Source of the DNA: Delftia acidovorans NBRC 14950
Lineage (GTDB): Bacteria > Pseudomonadota > Gammaproteobacteria > Burkholderiales > Burkholderiaceae_C
DNA: 32,000 nucleotides
Direction of reading: 5' to 3'
Assembly: GCF_001598795.1 (NCBI RefSeq)
Contig: NZ_BCZP01000026.1
Span: forward strand, 30,001-62,000
A program made the position numbers and the translations under genes. This document shows positions 1 to 10,403 of this stretch, one piece after another. The stretch's first letter is position 1; every line of letters begins with the position of its first letter. The notes below the pieces were generated by a model. It had not been told where the DNA came from. It saw only the letters and a list, made by a program, of their open reading frames with translations, and did no database searches.

Positions 1-1
1 C

Positions 2-109
2 CCGGCGCCCCCGCTGGCGACCGACAGCAAGCAAGCCACCATCGCAGCCATCCTGGCCCGCGCACGCGCCCAGCGTGCGGGTGGTGCCTCAACGCCCAAC
101 GGGCATTGA
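2..109 (+). CDS. 3' end of an unidentified CDS entering from the left window edge (partial)
   Basis: Frame is open from base 2 with GC3-rich codons typical of this genome and ends at TGA 107-109. The tail ...SKQATIAAILARARAQRAGGASTPNGH is too short and low-complexity to name. Confidence 0.3.
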   Translation, partial: PAPPLATDSKQATIAAILARARAQRAGGASTPNGH

Positions 110-217
110 GTGGATGTGGGCGGGCAGCGAGACCCGCCTACGCCCGCCAGTACAAGCCTATGGATGCCCATAGATGGTCATAGACCGCCATAGGCACCCA
201 CGCAGGCCGTGGCAGGC

Positions 218-1756
218 CTACGCAGCCAGCGCCAGGCTCTTGTAGACCCCGCAACCCCAGTACAGCCCGCCATGCTTGCAGACGAAGGACATCTTGGTCT
301 GTACCTGTTGCGTGGCAGGGTTTCTGAAGTCGTACTCCACCCAGCCTGGGCCGCGCTCGGCCTGGGCAATGATGTCGGCCAACAGTTGCTCACCCCGCAC
401 GCCTGGCAGCTCCTGCACGCGCACGCCCACACGCGCAGGGTTGCCGCCGAAGGCGCGGTAGCTGCCGTCGGCGGCCAGGGCGAACACGTACATATCGCGG
501 TCATGGAAGGGCTGGCCGGGGTCGTTCACGGCGGCCAGCAATGCCTCGGTGGCCACGCCGCGCCGCGCCAGGCCCAGGGCCGACTCGACCAGGGCCACGG
601 CTTCCTCCGCCGTGCCCTGCTGCAGGCGAAAGCGCGACACCGCCCCTGACAGCATCTGCGCGCGCTGCTGCAGCGCGCGTGCCTGGTCCAGCGCGTGGCC
701 CACCATCTGCGCGTTGTGCTGGGTGATCTCGTCGATCTGGTGCACGGCGCGGCTGATCTCGGCCAGGCCCGTGCTCTGGCTGCCGGTCGATTGCGAGAGC
801 TCGCCCATGTGCTCGGCCACCTGGCGGATGCCTTCGGTCACGCGCTCCATGCCACGCCCGGCCGTGCGGATCAACTCGGTGCTGTGCTCCACCTGGGTCA
901 GCGCATCGCCAATCAGGTGGCGAATCTCGCGCGCCGCCTCCGCCGAGCGGCCGGCCAGAGAGCGCACCTCGCTGGCCACCACGGCAAAGCCCCGGCCCTG
1001 CTCGCCAGCCCGTGCGGCCTCCACGGCGGCATTGAGCGCGAGGATATTGGTCTGGAAAGCAATGCCGTCGATCACGCCGATGATCTCCCGCATGCGCCCG
1101 GCGCTGTTCTCAATGGTCTCCACCGATTCCACGGCGCGGCCCATGGCCACCACGCCTTCATCGGCGGCGCCGCGCACGGCGCTGGCCTGGTGGTGGACCA
1201 CGCCCACCACATCGGCGTTGTGCTGCACGGCGCTGCTCAACTGCTCCACGCTGACCACGGTCTGGGCCAGGTTGGTGGCCTGCAGCTCGGTGCGATCGGA
1301 CAGCGCCTGGTGCTCGTTCACCAATTGCTGCCCGGCCTGCGCCACCAGGGCCGCGTTGCTGCGCACATCGGCCACCATGCCCGACAGCGAGGTGACCATG
1401 CCTCCCAGCAGCGCCTTGGGCGTCTGGACAGCACCAACGCCCTCCTGCGAGGCGGCCGCCTCCACGGTCACGCGCTGGCTCAGGTCGCCCTGGGCGATGC
1501 CCTGCATGGCCTGCTGCAGCAATTCGCGCTCGCCGATCACCCGCGACCAGAGCCTGTGCATGCCGCCCAGCAGCAGTCCGGCCCACAGCAGCAAGGCTCC
1601 CCAAACCCAGGGCCCCATGCCCGCCGAGCCGGCCACCAGCGCCAGCGGCGGCCCCGCCAATGCCCACACGGCGCATACAAGGAAGCCGGCCCCGGGGCCG
1701 GATGTATGCTTACGATGCCTGTTTCCCACTTTTTCCATGCCAGCGCCTGCCTGCAT
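218..1756 (-). CDS. methyl-accepting chemotaxis protein with a membrane hairpin, no periplasmic domain, and an extra C-terminal Cache/PAS-like domain
   Basis: 512-aa ORF with GAGAGG 9 nt upstream of ATG 1756. Two adjacent hydrophobic helices (aa 24-66) are followed by the canonical MCP signalling motif [38 protein letters not shown]. About 125 further aa follow the signalling domain (nt 239-616). Confidence 0.9.
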   Translation of the reverse strand: MQAGAGMEKVGNRHRKHTSGPGAGFLVCAVWALAGPPLALVAGSAGMGPWVWGALLLWAGLLLGGMHRLWSRVIGERELLQQAMQGIAQGDLSQRVTVEAAASQEGVGAVQTPKALLGGMVTSLSGMVADVRSNAALVAQAGQQLVNEHQALSDRTELQATNLAQTVVSVEQLSSAVQHNADVVGVVHHQASAVRGAADEGVVAMGRAVESVETIENSAGRMREIIGVIDGIAFQTNILALNAAVEAARAGEQGRGFAVVASEVRSLAGRSAEAAREIRHLIGDALTQVEHSTELIRTAGRGMERVTEGIRQVAEHMGELSQSTGSQSTGLAEISRAVHQIDEITQHNAQMVGHALDQARALQQRAQMLSGAVSRFRLQQGTAEEAVALVESALGLARRGVATEALLAAVNDPGQPFHDRDMYVFALAADGSYRAFGGNPARVGVRVQELPGVRGEQLLADIIAQAERGPGWVEYDFRNPATQQVQTKMSFVCKHGGLYWGCGVYKSLALAA

Positions 1757-1944
1757 AGCTGATTGCCTCTCTAGTCATTGATATCTGGAATTCACCGTTC
1801 ACGAGGCCCCGCCACACGAGATGGCATGGCCCCAGTCGAGACCATGCCAGAATAGGTAACAGAATGCAAAAAAGCCAGCGTGCAGACCCGCAGCCCCCTG
1901 TGACAACGGCATGCCGAAAGCGCATCAATCCATAATGCGAGCCC

Positions 1945-3150
1945 ATGAATCCCCTGCTCTCCCGACTCCAGCCCTACCCGTTTGAGCGTCTTCGCAAACT
2001 GTTCGCCGGGGTCCAGCCACCGGCGGGCGTGCGCCCCATCAGCCTTGGCATCGGAGAGCCCCGCCATGCCACGCCAGCGTTCATCGAACAGGCACTGAGC
2101 GCCGACCTCGGCGGCCTGGCCAAGTACCCGGCCACGGCCGGCGAGCCCGCGCTGCGCGAGGCCTGCGCCCAGTGGGCACGCCAGCGCTATGGCATTGCCC
2201 TGGACGCCGCCACCCAGGTGCTGCCCGTCAACGGCTCGCGCGAGGCACTGTTTGCCTTCACCCAGGTGGTGGTGGATGCCAGCCAGGACGGCGCGCGCGT
2301 GATCTGCCCCAACCCGTTCTATCAAATCTACGAAGGCGCCACCCTGCTGGCCGGTGCCCAGCCGTACTACGCGCCCAGCGACGCCGCGCGCAACTTCGCG
2401 GTGGACTGGGACAGCGTGCCCGCCGACGTGTGGGAAAAGACCCAGCTGATCTTCGTTTGCTCGCCCGGCAACCCCACGGGCGCGGTGATGCCGCTGGCCG
2501 AATGGGAAAAGCTGTTTGCCCTGTCCGACCGCTACGGCTTCGTGATCGCCAGCGACGAGTGCTACAGCGAGATCTATTTCGACGGCACCGCCCCCCTGGG
2601 CGGCCTGGAAGCCGCACAGCGCCTGGGCCGCACGGACTACAAAAACCTGCTGATGTTCACCAGCCTGTCCAAGCGCAGCAATGTGCCCGGCCTGCGCAGC
2701 GGTTTCGTGGCGGGCGATGCGGCCCTGATCAAGGCCTTTTTGCTGTACCGCACCTACCACGGCGGTGCCATGAGCCCCGTGGTGCAGACGGCCAGCATCG
2801 CGGCCTGGGCCGACGAGGCCCATGTCGAGGAAAACCGCCGCCTGTACCGCGAGAAGTTCAACCAGGTCACGCCCGTGCTGGCGCGCGTGATGGATGTGCG
2901 CCTGCCCGACGCAAGCTTCTACCTGTGGGCCGGCATTCCCGAATCGCTGGGCCTGGACGACGCCGACTTTGCACGCGAGCTGTATGCCGCCACCGGCGTG
3001 ACCGTGCTGCCCGGCAGCTACCTGGCGCGCGAGGCCAATGGCCGCAACCCCGGCGCCGGGCGCGTGCGCATGGCCCTGGTGGCCGAGACCGCAGAATGCC
3101 TGGAAGCCGCCCAGCGCATTGCACAGTTCATAGAATCGCGCCAGCGCTGA
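1945..3150 (+). CDS. dapC: succinyldiaminopimelate transaminase (betaproteobacterial DapC type, PLP aminotransferase)
   Basis: 401-aa ORF. N-terminus MNPLLSRLQPYPFERLRKLF and the overall aminotransferase layout match the DapC family. It lies directly upstream of dapD. Confidence 0.88.
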   Translation: MNPLLSRLQPYPFERLRKLFAGVQPPAGVRPISLGIGEPRHATPAFIEQALSADLGGLAKYPATAGEPALREACAQWARQRYGIALDAATQVLPVNGSREALFAFTQVVVDASQDGARVICPNPFYQIYEGATLLAGAQPYYAPSDAARNFAVDWDSVPADVWEKTQLIFVCSPGNPTGAVMPLAEWEKLFALSDRYGFVIASDECYSEIYFDGTAPLGGLEAAQRLGRTDYKNLLMFTSLSKRSNVPGLRSGFVAGDAALIKAFLLYRTYHGGAMSPVVQTASIAAWADEAHVEENRRLYREKFNQVTPVLARVMDVRLPDASFYLWAGIPESLGLDDADFARELYAATGVTVLPGSYLAREANGRNPGAGRVRMALVAETAECLEAAQRIAQFIESRQR

Positions 3151-3201
3151 GACAGCCCTGCGCTCCCCTTTCCTCACAAACCCTTTGATCACCAAAGCCA
3201 T

Positions 3202-4026
3202 ATGACGCAACAGCTGCAATCCATCATCGACACCGCCTGGGACAACCGTGCCAGCCTCTCCCCCGCTGCCGCCCCCAAGGAAGTGACCGAGGCCGTGGAC
3301 CACGTGATCGAAGCCCTGAACAACGGCCAGCTGCGCGTGGCCACGCGCGAAGGCGTGGGCCAGTGGACCGTGCACCAGTGGATCAAGAAGGCCGTGCTGC
3401 TGTCCTTCCGCCTCAAGGACAACGTGCTGATGCAGTCCGGCGACCTGAACTTCTTCGACAAGGTCCCCACCAAGTTCGCCGGCATGACCGAGGCCGAGAT
3501 CGCCGCCACCGGCGTGCGCGTGGTGCCTCCGGCCGTGGCCCGCCGCGGCAGCTTCGTTGCCAAGGGCGCGATCCTGATGCCTTCCTACGTGAACATCGGC
3601 GCCTATGTGGACGAAGGCACCATGGTCGACACCTGGGCCACCGTGGGCTCCTGCGCCCAGGTCGGCAAGAACGTGCACCTGTCCGGCGGCGTGGGCCTGG
3701 GCGGCGTGCTGGAGCCGCTGCAGGCCAACCCGACCATCATCGAGGACAACTGCTTCATCGGCGCGCGTTCCGAGATCGTCGAAGGCGTGATCGTGGAAGA
3801 GAACTCCGTGATCTCCATGGGCGTGTACATCGGCCAGTCCACCCCCATCTATGACCGTGCGACCGGCGAGACCAGCTATGGCCGCGTGCCTGCCGGCTCG
3901 GTGGTGGTGTCGGGCAACCTGCCCAAGGACAACGGCCGCTACAGCATGTACGCCGCCATCATCGTCAAGAAGGTCGATGCCAAGACACGCTCCACCACGA
4001 GCCTGAACGACCTGCTGCGCGATTGA
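3202..4026 (+). CDS. dapD: 2,3,4,5-tetrahydropyridine-2,6-dicarboxylate N-succinyltransferase
   Basis: 274-aa ORF with a DapD-type N-terminus ([16 protein letters not shown]...) and a hexapeptide-repeat region [40 protein letters not shown]. Confidence 0.95.
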   Translation: MTQQLQSIIDTAWDNRASLSPAAAPKEVTEAVDHVIEALNNGQLRVATREGVGQWTVHQWIKKAVLLSFRLKDNVLMQSGDLNFFDKVPTKFAGMTEAEIAATGVRVVPPAVARRGSFVAKGAILMPSYVNIGAYVDEGTMVDTWATVGSCAQVGKNVHLSGGVGLGGVLEPLQANPTIIEDNCFIGARSEIVEGVIVEENSVISMGVYIGQSTPIYDRATGETSYGRVPAGSVVVSGNLPKDNGRYSMYAAIIVKKVDAKTRSTTSLNDLLRD

Positions 4027-4206
4027 TCCGCATCCGCACCGCGCCAAAGGCGTGGTTGCGGCGCCAAAACATCCCCTGTTCAGGGGATGGAGCAAGGCAT
4101 ACTCTCGAGGGCGTCCCCGGCCACCAGGCAGCGGACGCCCGTTTCACGTCACAAGAGCGTGCAGACGATCCAAGAACAGCGGCAGTACACGAATTTGGGG
4201 GAAAAC

Positions 4207-5376
4207 ATGGGCACGATGGAGAGGATTTTGCGCCTGATGGGCGAGAAGCAGGCGTCCGACGTCTACCTGGCGGTCAACGCGCCGGCGCTGATCAAGATCA
4301 ACGGCGAATGCGTGCCCATCAACAACCAGCTGCTGCCGCCCGACGCGCCGCGCAGCCTGCTGGCCGAGATCGTGCCGGCCGAACGCCTGCAGGAACTGGA
4401 CGAAACGGGCGAGCTCAACATGGGCGTGCCGCTGCGCGGCGTGGGGCGTTTTCGCGTCAGCGCCATGCACCAGCGCGGCAGCTGCGCCGTGGTGATCCGC
4501 TTCATCGCCCAGCACATTCCGGCCATGGACACGCTGAACCTGCCGCCCGTGCTGGGCGAGCTGATCATGCAAAAGCGCGGCCTGCTGCTGGTCGTGGGCT
4601 CCACGGGCTCGGGCAAGAGCACGACGCTGGCCTCGATGATCGATGCGCGCAACGAAAAGCTCACGGGCCACATCCTCACCATCGAGGACCCCATCGAATA
4701 CCAGTTCCGCAACAAGCGCTCCATCGTCAACCAGCGCGAAGTGGGCTCGGACACGGCATCGCTGCAGATCGCGCTCAAGAACGCGCTGCGCCAGGCCCCT
4801 GACGTGATCCTGATCGGCGAAATCCGCGACCGCGAGACCATGTCCTCGGCCATGGGCTTTGCGCAGTCGGGCCACCTGTGCCTGGCCACGCTGCACGCCA
4901 ACAACAGCTACCACGCGCTCAACCGCATCCTGTCCTTCTTCCCCGAGGAAATCCGCCCCACCATGCTGGGCGAGCTGTCGGCTGCACTCAAGGGCGTGAT
5001 CTCCCAGCGCCTGGTTCGCACCGTGGACGGCGGCCGCATGCCGGCCGTCGAGGTCATGCTCAACACCAAGCTGATCGCCGACCTGATCGAGCGCGGCAAC
5101 TTCTCGGGCGTCAAGGAGGCCATGGAAAAATCCATGGCCGAAGGCTCGCAGACCTTTGAAGAGGCGCTGGCGCAGCTGGTCCGCTCCGGCCGCATCGACC
5201 GCGCCGAAGCCCTGGCCTTCGCCGATTCGCCCACCAACCTGATGTGGCGCCTGGAAAACGACGTGGTCAAGGCCAGCCATGCAGCGCAGTCCAGCCAGTT
5301 CGCCGAACTGGCCACGCCCGGCGAGGACGACATGCCCTCGTTCACGGAAATCATGCTGGAAGTCAAGCCGAACTGA
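4207..5376 (+). CDS. pilU: PilT/PilU-family type IV pilus retraction ATPase (PilU-like)
   Basis: The frame is open from 4087, but a GGGGGA SD precedes ATG 4207 and family-like sequence starts there ([26 protein letters not shown]). Walker [10 protein letters not shown], Walker [11 protein letters not shown] and His box LATLHANN are present. There is no PilT-type AIRNLIRE motif ([11 protein letters not shown] instead). Confidence 0.85.
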   Translation: MGTMERILRLMGEKQASDVYLAVNAPALIKINGECVPINNQLLPPDAPRSLLAEIVPAERLQELDETGELNMGVPLRGVGRFRVSAMHQRGSCAVVIRFIAQHIPAMDTLNLPPVLGELIMQKRGLLLVVGSTGSGKSTTLASMIDARNEKLTGHILTIEDPIEYQFRNKRSIVNQREVGSDTASLQIALKNALRQAPDVILIGEIRDRETMSSAMGFAQSGHLCLATLHANNSYHALNRILSFFPEEIRPTMLGELSAALKGVISQRLVRTVDGGRMPAVEVMLNTKLIADLIERGNFSGVKEAMEKSMAEGSQTFEEALAQLVRSGRIDRAEALAFADSPTNLMWRLENDVVKASHAAQSSQFAELATPGEDDMPSFTEIMLEVKPN

Positions 5377-5402
5377 TCGGCCAGCCCCGCAGCGTTCACA
5401 AT

Positions 5403-5449
5403 GTCGGAGCACGCTGGCGGCAGCCGGCCCTCCGACTTTTTTGTTTTTT
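5403..5449 (+). terminator. intrinsic terminator after pilU-like gene
   Basis: Stem GTCGGAG (5403-5409) pairs with CTCCGAC (5430-5436) around a GC-rich loop. It is followed by TTTTTTGTTTTTTG, 27 nt after the stop codon. Confidence 0.65.
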
Positions 5450-5462
5450 GATTCCACCCACC

Positions 5463-6623
5463 ATGTCCCGCACCCTGCAACTGACCGAGCAGCTGATCAG
5501 CCTGCCCTCCGTCACTCCCGAAGACGCCGGCTGCCTTGAACTACTGGCCGATGCCCTGCAGCCCATGGGCTTTGCCTGCGAGCGCATCGACAGCGGCCCC
5601 GACAGCTTTCGCGTGCGCAACCTCTGGGCCCGGCGCTCCGGGACAGGCGCCGACCGGCCCGTGCTGGTCTTTGCCGGCCATACCGACGTGGTGCCCACCG
5701 GCCCGCTGGAACAGTGGAGCAGCCCGCCCTTCGTGCCCACGCACCGCGACGGCAAGCTGTACGGCCGCGGCGCCAGCGACATGAAGACCTCCATCGCCGC
5801 CTTCGTCGTGGCGCTGGAAGAATTCCTGGCCGAGACACCGGCTCCCTCCTTCGACATTGCCCTGCTGCTGACCAGCGACGAGGAAGGCCCCTCGGTGGAC
5901 GGCACCAAGGTCGTGGTCGAGCTGCTGCGCGAGCGCGGCGAGCGCCTGGACTGGTGCATCGTGGGCGAGCCCACTTCGGTGGAGCGCACGGGCGACATGA
6001 TCAAGAACGGCCGCCGGGGCACCATGAGCGGGCGCCTCACGGTCAAGGGCATCCAGGGCCACATCGCCTACCCGCAGCTGGCGCGCAACCCCATCCACCA
6101 GGCCCTGCCGGCCCTGGCCGAACTAGCCGCCACGCGCTGGGACGAGGGCAATGCCTTCTTCCCGCCCACCAGCTGGCAGATCAGCAACATGCATGGCGGC
6201 ACGGGCGCATCCAACGTCATTCCCGGCCATGTGACCATCGACTTCAACTTCCGCTTCTGCACCGAGTCCACGGCCGAATCGCTGCAGCAGCGCGTGCACG
6301 CCGTGCTGGACCGCCACGGGCTGGAGTACGAGCTGGCCTGGACCATTGGCGGCCAGCCCTTCCTGACCACGCCGGGCACGCTGGTGAACGCCGTGCAGGC
6401 GGCCATCCGCGCCGAGACCGGCCTGGAGACCGAGCTGTCCACCACGGGCGGCACCAGCGACGGCCGCTTCATCGCCCAGATCTGCAGCCAGGTCGTGGAG
6501 GTGGGCCCGCCCAACGCCAGCATCCACAAGATCGACGAGCACATCGTGGTGGCCGACATCGAGCCCATCAAGAACATTTACCGCCGCACGCTCCAGGAGC
6601 TGCAGCGACAGCAGGCCGTCTGA
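5463..6623 (+). CDS. dapE: succinyl-diaminopimelate desuccinylase (M20 metallopeptidase)
   Basis: Start taken at ATG 5463 ([24 protein letters not shown]...); the ORF-track start at 5244 is an upstream extension. Motifs [17 protein letters not shown] and TSDEEG are present. 386 aa. Confidence 0.92.
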   Translation: MSRTLQLTEQLISLPSVTPEDAGCLELLADALQPMGFACERIDSGPDSFRVRNLWARRSGTGADRPVLVFAGHTDVVPTGPLEQWSSPPFVPTHRDGKLYGRGASDMKTSIAAFVVALEEFLAETPAPSFDIALLLTSDEEGPSVDGTKVVVELLRERGERLDWCIVGEPTSVERTGDMIKNGRRGTMSGRLTVKGIQGHIAYPQLARNPIHQALPALAELAATRWDEGNAFFPPTSWQISNMHGGTGASNVIPGHVTIDFNFRFCTESTAESLQQRVHAVLDRHGLEYELAWTIGGQPFLTTPGTLVNAVQAAIRAETGLETELSTTGGTSDGRFIAQICSQVVEVGPPNASIHKIDEHIVVADIEPIKNIYRRTLQELQRQQAV

Positions 6624-6643
6624 ACGCGACCAAGGAGCCGACG

Positions 6644-7621
6644 ATGACATCCGCCCCCACCCCTGCCAATATTCCCGCCATCTCGGGCAGCACCATCGCC
6701 GACCTCGTGGCCTCGGGCGCCGCAGCGCTCACGGCGGCCGGCGTGGCCTTTGGCCACGGCACGGCCACGGCCGAAGACGAAGCGGCCTGGCTCACGCTGT
6801 GGAAGCTGGGCCTGCCGCTGGACAGCGAACTGGCGCCTGGCGCGCCCGAATCCCTGGCCGACCAGGCCGTCAGCGCCCAGCAGCAGGCCGAAGTGGCCGA
6901 GCTGTTCGCAGAGCGCATCCGAACGCGCAAGCCCGCCGCCTACCTCACGCGCGAGGCCTGGCTGCAGGGCGTGCCCTTCTACGTGGACGAGCGCGCCATC
7001 GTGCCGCGCAGCTTCATTGCCGAGCTGCTGGCCGACGGCAGCATCGACGGCTGGCTGTCCGACCGCACGCGCCGCGTGCTGGACCTGTGCACCGGCAACG
7101 GCAGCCTGGCCTGCCTGGCGGCCATGGCCTGGCCCGAGGTCGAGGTCACGGGCGCCGACATCTCGGCCGACGCGCTGGCCGTGGCGCGCATCAACGTGGA
7201 CCGCCATGAACTCGCCGAGCGCGTGCAGCTGCTGGAAAGCGATGGCCTGGCCGCCCTGCCCGGCCCCTGGGACCTGGTGCTGTGCAACCCGCCCTATGTG
7301 AACGCCGACAGCATGTCGCGCCTGCCCGCCGAATACCAGGCCGAGCCCGAACTGGCGCTGGCCGGCGGCGCCGACGGCATGGACTTCATCCGCCGCCTGC
7401 TGCTGGACCTGCCATCGCGACTGGCCAAGGAAGGCGTGGTCGTGCTGGAAATCGGCAATGAAAAGGACTTCTTCGAAGCCGCCTTCCCCGACCTGCCCGT
7501 GTTCTGGCTGGACACCAGCTCGGGCGACGAGCAGGTGCTGCTGATCACCCAGGAGGCACTTCGCGCCTGGACCGAAGGCGACATCGAGGCCCTGCGCCCC
7601 ACCTACCGCCCCCTGGGCTGA
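6644..7621 (+). CDS. prmB: 50S ribosomal protein L3 N5-glutamine methyltransferase
   Basis: AAGGAG SD at 6632-6637, 6 nt before ATG 6644. SAM-binding LDLCTGNGSLA and catalytic LCNPPYV (NPPY) motifs are present. 325 aa. The dapE-prmB linkage is common. Confidence 0.88.
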   Translation: MTSAPTPANIPAISGSTIADLVASGAAALTAAGVAFGHGTATAEDEAAWLTLWKLGLPLDSELAPGAPESLADQAVSAQQQAEVAELFAERIRTRKPAAYLTREAWLQGVPFYVDERAIVPRSFIAELLADGSIDGWLSDRTRRVLDLCTGNGSLACLAAMAWPEVEVTGADISADALAVARINVDRHELAERVQLLESDGLAALPGPWDLVLCNPPYVNADSMSRLPAEYQAEPELALAGGADGMDFIRRLLLDLPSRLAKEGVVVLEIGNEKDFFEAAFPDLPVFWLDTSSGDEQVLLITQEALRAWTEGDIEALRPTYRPLG

Positions 7622-7622
7622 G

Positions 7623-8621
7623 ATGGACCTGCGGGCGCTGCGCTACTTCATCGCGGTGCTGGAGGCGGGCAGCCTCTCGCGCGCCGCGCACTCGCTGTAC
7701 GTGGCCCAGCCCGCGCTCACGGCGCAGATCAAGAAGCTGGAAGGCGAGCTGGGCGCCCAGTTGCTGGAGCGCAGCCACGCCGGCGTGACCCCCACGCCGG
7801 CCGGCGCCCAGCTGTACGAGGACGCACGCCGGCTGCTGTCCGACGCCGATGCCATGCGCGAGCGCATACAGCGCCTGCCGCAGGGCCCCGAAGGCTCGGT
7901 CACCATCGCCCTGCCCTTTTTGCTGACCAGCCTGCTGGCCGGCCCCGTGATCGCCAGCCTGCGCAACAGCCACCCGCGCATACGCATCTTTGTGCTCGAC
8001 GACCTCAGCCTCATGGTGCAAAAGGCCATGCTGGACCGGCGCGCAGACCTGGCCATTCTTGTGGACACGGCCAGCCTGCACGACATGCAGGTGCAGCCCA
8101 TGGCCGAGGAATCCATCTACATCTGCGGCCAGGATGTCGATGGCAGCGTGGCCCCGCTGCTGCGCCCCGCGCCGGACGGCGGCCTGCCGCACATGGACTT
8201 TGCCCACGCCTGCCAGCTGCCGCTGGTGCTGCAATCACGCCGCTTTTCCATCCGCCAGACCGTGGAGGCCGCGGCCGACGCACGGGACCTGCGACTGAAC
8301 ATCGTCCACGAACACGATTCCGCCCGCGTCATCCGCTCGCTCTACCACTGCGGCGCAGGCTTCACCTTCACGCCCGCCTGCTCGCTGAGCGATGCACCCG
8401 CCTGGCTGCGCGAGGAAGCCAAGGCTGCGCCCACGGCCATCCAGCACGGCTGGATCGTGGCCCAGGTCACGGCGCCCGCGCTGCTGCGCCGCTACTTCCT
8501 GGCCGTGCAGGCCAACCGCGGCGGCGACCCGGCACTGCAGGTGGTCCAGCAGGCGCTGATGGCACAGGCCCGGCAACTGATCACGGCCGGCATCTGGCAG
8601 GCGCGCTGGCAGCAGGCATGA
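7623..8621 (+). CDS. LysR-family transcriptional regulator
   Basis: 332-aa ORF with an N-terminal wHTH MDLRALRYFIAVLEAGSLSRAAHSLYVAQPALTAQIKKLE. Its ATG lies 1 nt after the prmB stop. Confidence 0.9.
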   Translation: MDLRALRYFIAVLEAGSLSRAAHSLYVAQPALTAQIKKLEGELGAQLLERSHAGVTPTPAGAQLYEDARRLLSDADAMRERIQRLPQGPEGSVTIALPFLLTSLLAGPVIASLRNSHPRIRIFVLDDLSLMVQKAMLDRRADLAILVDTASLHDMQVQPMAEESIYICGQDVDGSVAPLLRPAPDGGLPHMDFAHACQLPLVLQSRRFSIRQTVEAAADARDLRLNIVHEHDSARVIRSLYHCGAGFTFTPACSLSDAPAWLREEAKAAPTAIQHGWIVAQVTAPALLRRYFLAVQANRGGDPALQVVQQALMAQARQLITAGIWQARWQQA

Positions 8622-8797
8622 CGGCAGGACCGCAGGGGTCTGGGCACGGGGTCATCAGCAAATACCGCAAGGGTTGATCTGGACATCAATTTTTCTGATG
8701 CGCCTGAATCACTAAACGGTATTTCCCCGCTCCAGGCCTCTTCTGGAACAGTGCATGGCACGCCGCGCAAAACGCGCGGCTTCAGCCAAGGAATGCC

Positions 8798-10402
8798 ATG
8801 CACGAGACATCCCGGCCCACCGCAGGCCACCCCAATTCCCACTCCCACTCCCTTCCCATCCCCAATGTCGGCGAACTGGTCGCGCGCAGTTGCAAGGCCC
8901 ACGGCGCGCAGCCGGCCGTGACCAGCGCCGCGCGCAGCATCAGCTATGCCGAGCTGGAACAGCGCTCCAACCGGCTGGCCAATGCGTTGGCGGCGCTGGG
9001 CCTGTCCCGTGGCGACCGCGTGGGCATCTACCTGCCCAACTGCGTGGAAATCGTGGAGATCGAAATCGCCTGCTACAAGGCCGGGCTCATCAAGGCGCCC
9101 TTCAACGCACGCCTTTCGCCGCGCGAAGTGGGCGATATCGCGGCCAACAGCGATGCCGCCGTCATCGTGACCACCGCAGCGCGCGCCGAGGCCTTCAAGC
9201 CGCACCTGCAGTCTGCCGACGTGCGCCTGCTGCTGCTGGACGGCCCCGCCGGCGAAAGCTACGAGGCCCTGCTCGCCCGCGCCAGCGACCGCTTCCAGCC
9301 CGTGGCCGTGCAGGAGCACGAGGTGGCCGTGCTGCACTACACCTCGGGCTCCTCGGGCGTGCTCAAGGCCGCCATGCAGACCTTCGGCAACCGCCTGGCC
9401 CAGCTGCGCAAATTCCTGATGCGCGGCGAGGGCATGCAGGCCGGCCATGTACTGGGCCTGGTGGGTCCGGTCACGCACGCCTCGGGCATGCAGATGGTGC
9501 CGGCGCTGTGCACGGGCGCGACCATCCACCTGTTCTCGGGCTTCGAGCCGGGCGCCTTCATGGCCGAGATGCAGGCGCGGCGCGTGACCCACACCTTCAT
9601 GGTGCCCACCATGATCAACATGCTGCTGGCCGAGATCGGCGGCCGCTACCGCCCCCTGCCCGACCTGCTGCGCCTGGGTTACGGCGCAGCGCCCATGGCG
9701 CCGGCGCGCATCCTGCAGGCCATGGACGTTTTCGGCCCCATCCTGTCCCAGGGCTACGGCGCGGGCGAGACCACCTCCGGTGTCTGCGGCCTGACGGTGC
9801 AGGACCACCTGCAGGCGCGCGCGTCGCGGCCCGAGCGGCTGGCTTCCTGCGGCCGGCCCTTCCTGGAATCCCTGGTCGAGGTGCTGGACGACGAGGGCCG
9901 CCCGGCGCCCGAGGGCGAGATCGGCGAAATCGTGGTCAGCGGCGCCGACATCTTCGCGGGCTACTGGCGCGCACCGGAGCTGACGGCCGAGGTGCTCAAG
10001 AACGGCCGCTACCACACGGGCGATCTGGCCCGCATGGACGAGCAGGGCTTTGTCTACATCGTGGACCGCAAGAAAGACATGGTCATCAGCGGCGGCTTCA
10101 ACGTCTATCCGTCCGAGGTGGAGTCCGTGCTCTACGAACATGCATCGGTGGCCGATGCCTGCGTGTTCGCCATCCCCGACGACAAATGGGGCGAGGCCGT
10201 GGCCGCCCACATCGTGCTCAAGCCCGGCCTGGCCGGCGACAGCGCCGCGCTGGACAGCTTCTGCGCCGAGCGCCTGGGCGGCTTCAAGCGCCCGCGCCAC
10301 ATCGAATTCGTGCAGCAGCTGCCCAAGAACCCCAACGGCAAGGTCATGCGCCGCGCCGTGCAGGCGCCCTACTGGGCCAACCACGCCCGCAAGGTGAACT
10401 GA
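8798..10402 (+). CDS. AMP-dependent acyl-CoA synthetase/ligase
   Basis: AAGGAA SD before ATG 8798. Adenylation motifs HYTSGSSGVLKAA, GYGAGETT, YHTGDLARMDEQGFVYIVDRKKDMVISGGFNVYPSEVE and C-terminal NPNGKVMRR are present. Confidence 0.9.
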   Translation: MHETSRPTAGHPNSHSHSLPIPNVGELVARSCKAHGAQPAVTSAARSISYAELEQRSNRLANALAALGLSRGDRVGIYLPNCVEIVEIEIACYKAGLIKAPFNARLSPREVGDIAANSDAAVIVTTAARAEAFKPHLQSADVRLLLLDGPAGESYEALLARASDRFQPVAVQEHEVAVLHYTSGSSGVLKAAMQTFGNRLAQLRKFLMRGEGMQAGHVLGLVGPVTHASGMQMVPALCTGATIHLFSGFEPGAFMAEMQARRVTHTFMVPTMINMLLAEIGGRYRPLPDLLRLGYGAAPMAPARILQAMDVFGPILSQGYGAGETTSGVCGLTVQDHLQARASRPERLASCGRPFLESLVEVLDDEGRPAPEGEIGEIVVSGADIFAGYWRAPELTAEVLKNGRYHTGDLARMDEQGFVYIVDRKKDMVISGGFNVYPSEVESVLYEHASVADACVFAIPDDKWGEAVAAHIVLKPGLAGDSAALDSFCAERLGGFKRPRHIEFVQQLPKNPNGKVMRRAVQAPYWANHARKVN

Positions 10403-10403
10403 A

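Noticed and set aside
1792-4095. 767-aa minus-strand ORF across dapC/dapD
   Set aside because: It is antisense to two well-supported dap genes, has low-complexity G/A/H/V-rich sequence with no recognisable motifs, and is a high-GC artefact.
4087-4206. N-terminal 40-aa extension of the pilU-like ORF (ORF-track start at 4087)
   Set aside because: The extension has no family similarity and no SD. ATG 4207 has a GGGGGA SD and begins the conserved PilU-like N-terminus. The same reasoning moved the dapE start from 5244 to 5463, the prmB start from 5714 to 6644, and the Bug-protein start from 11348 to 11669.
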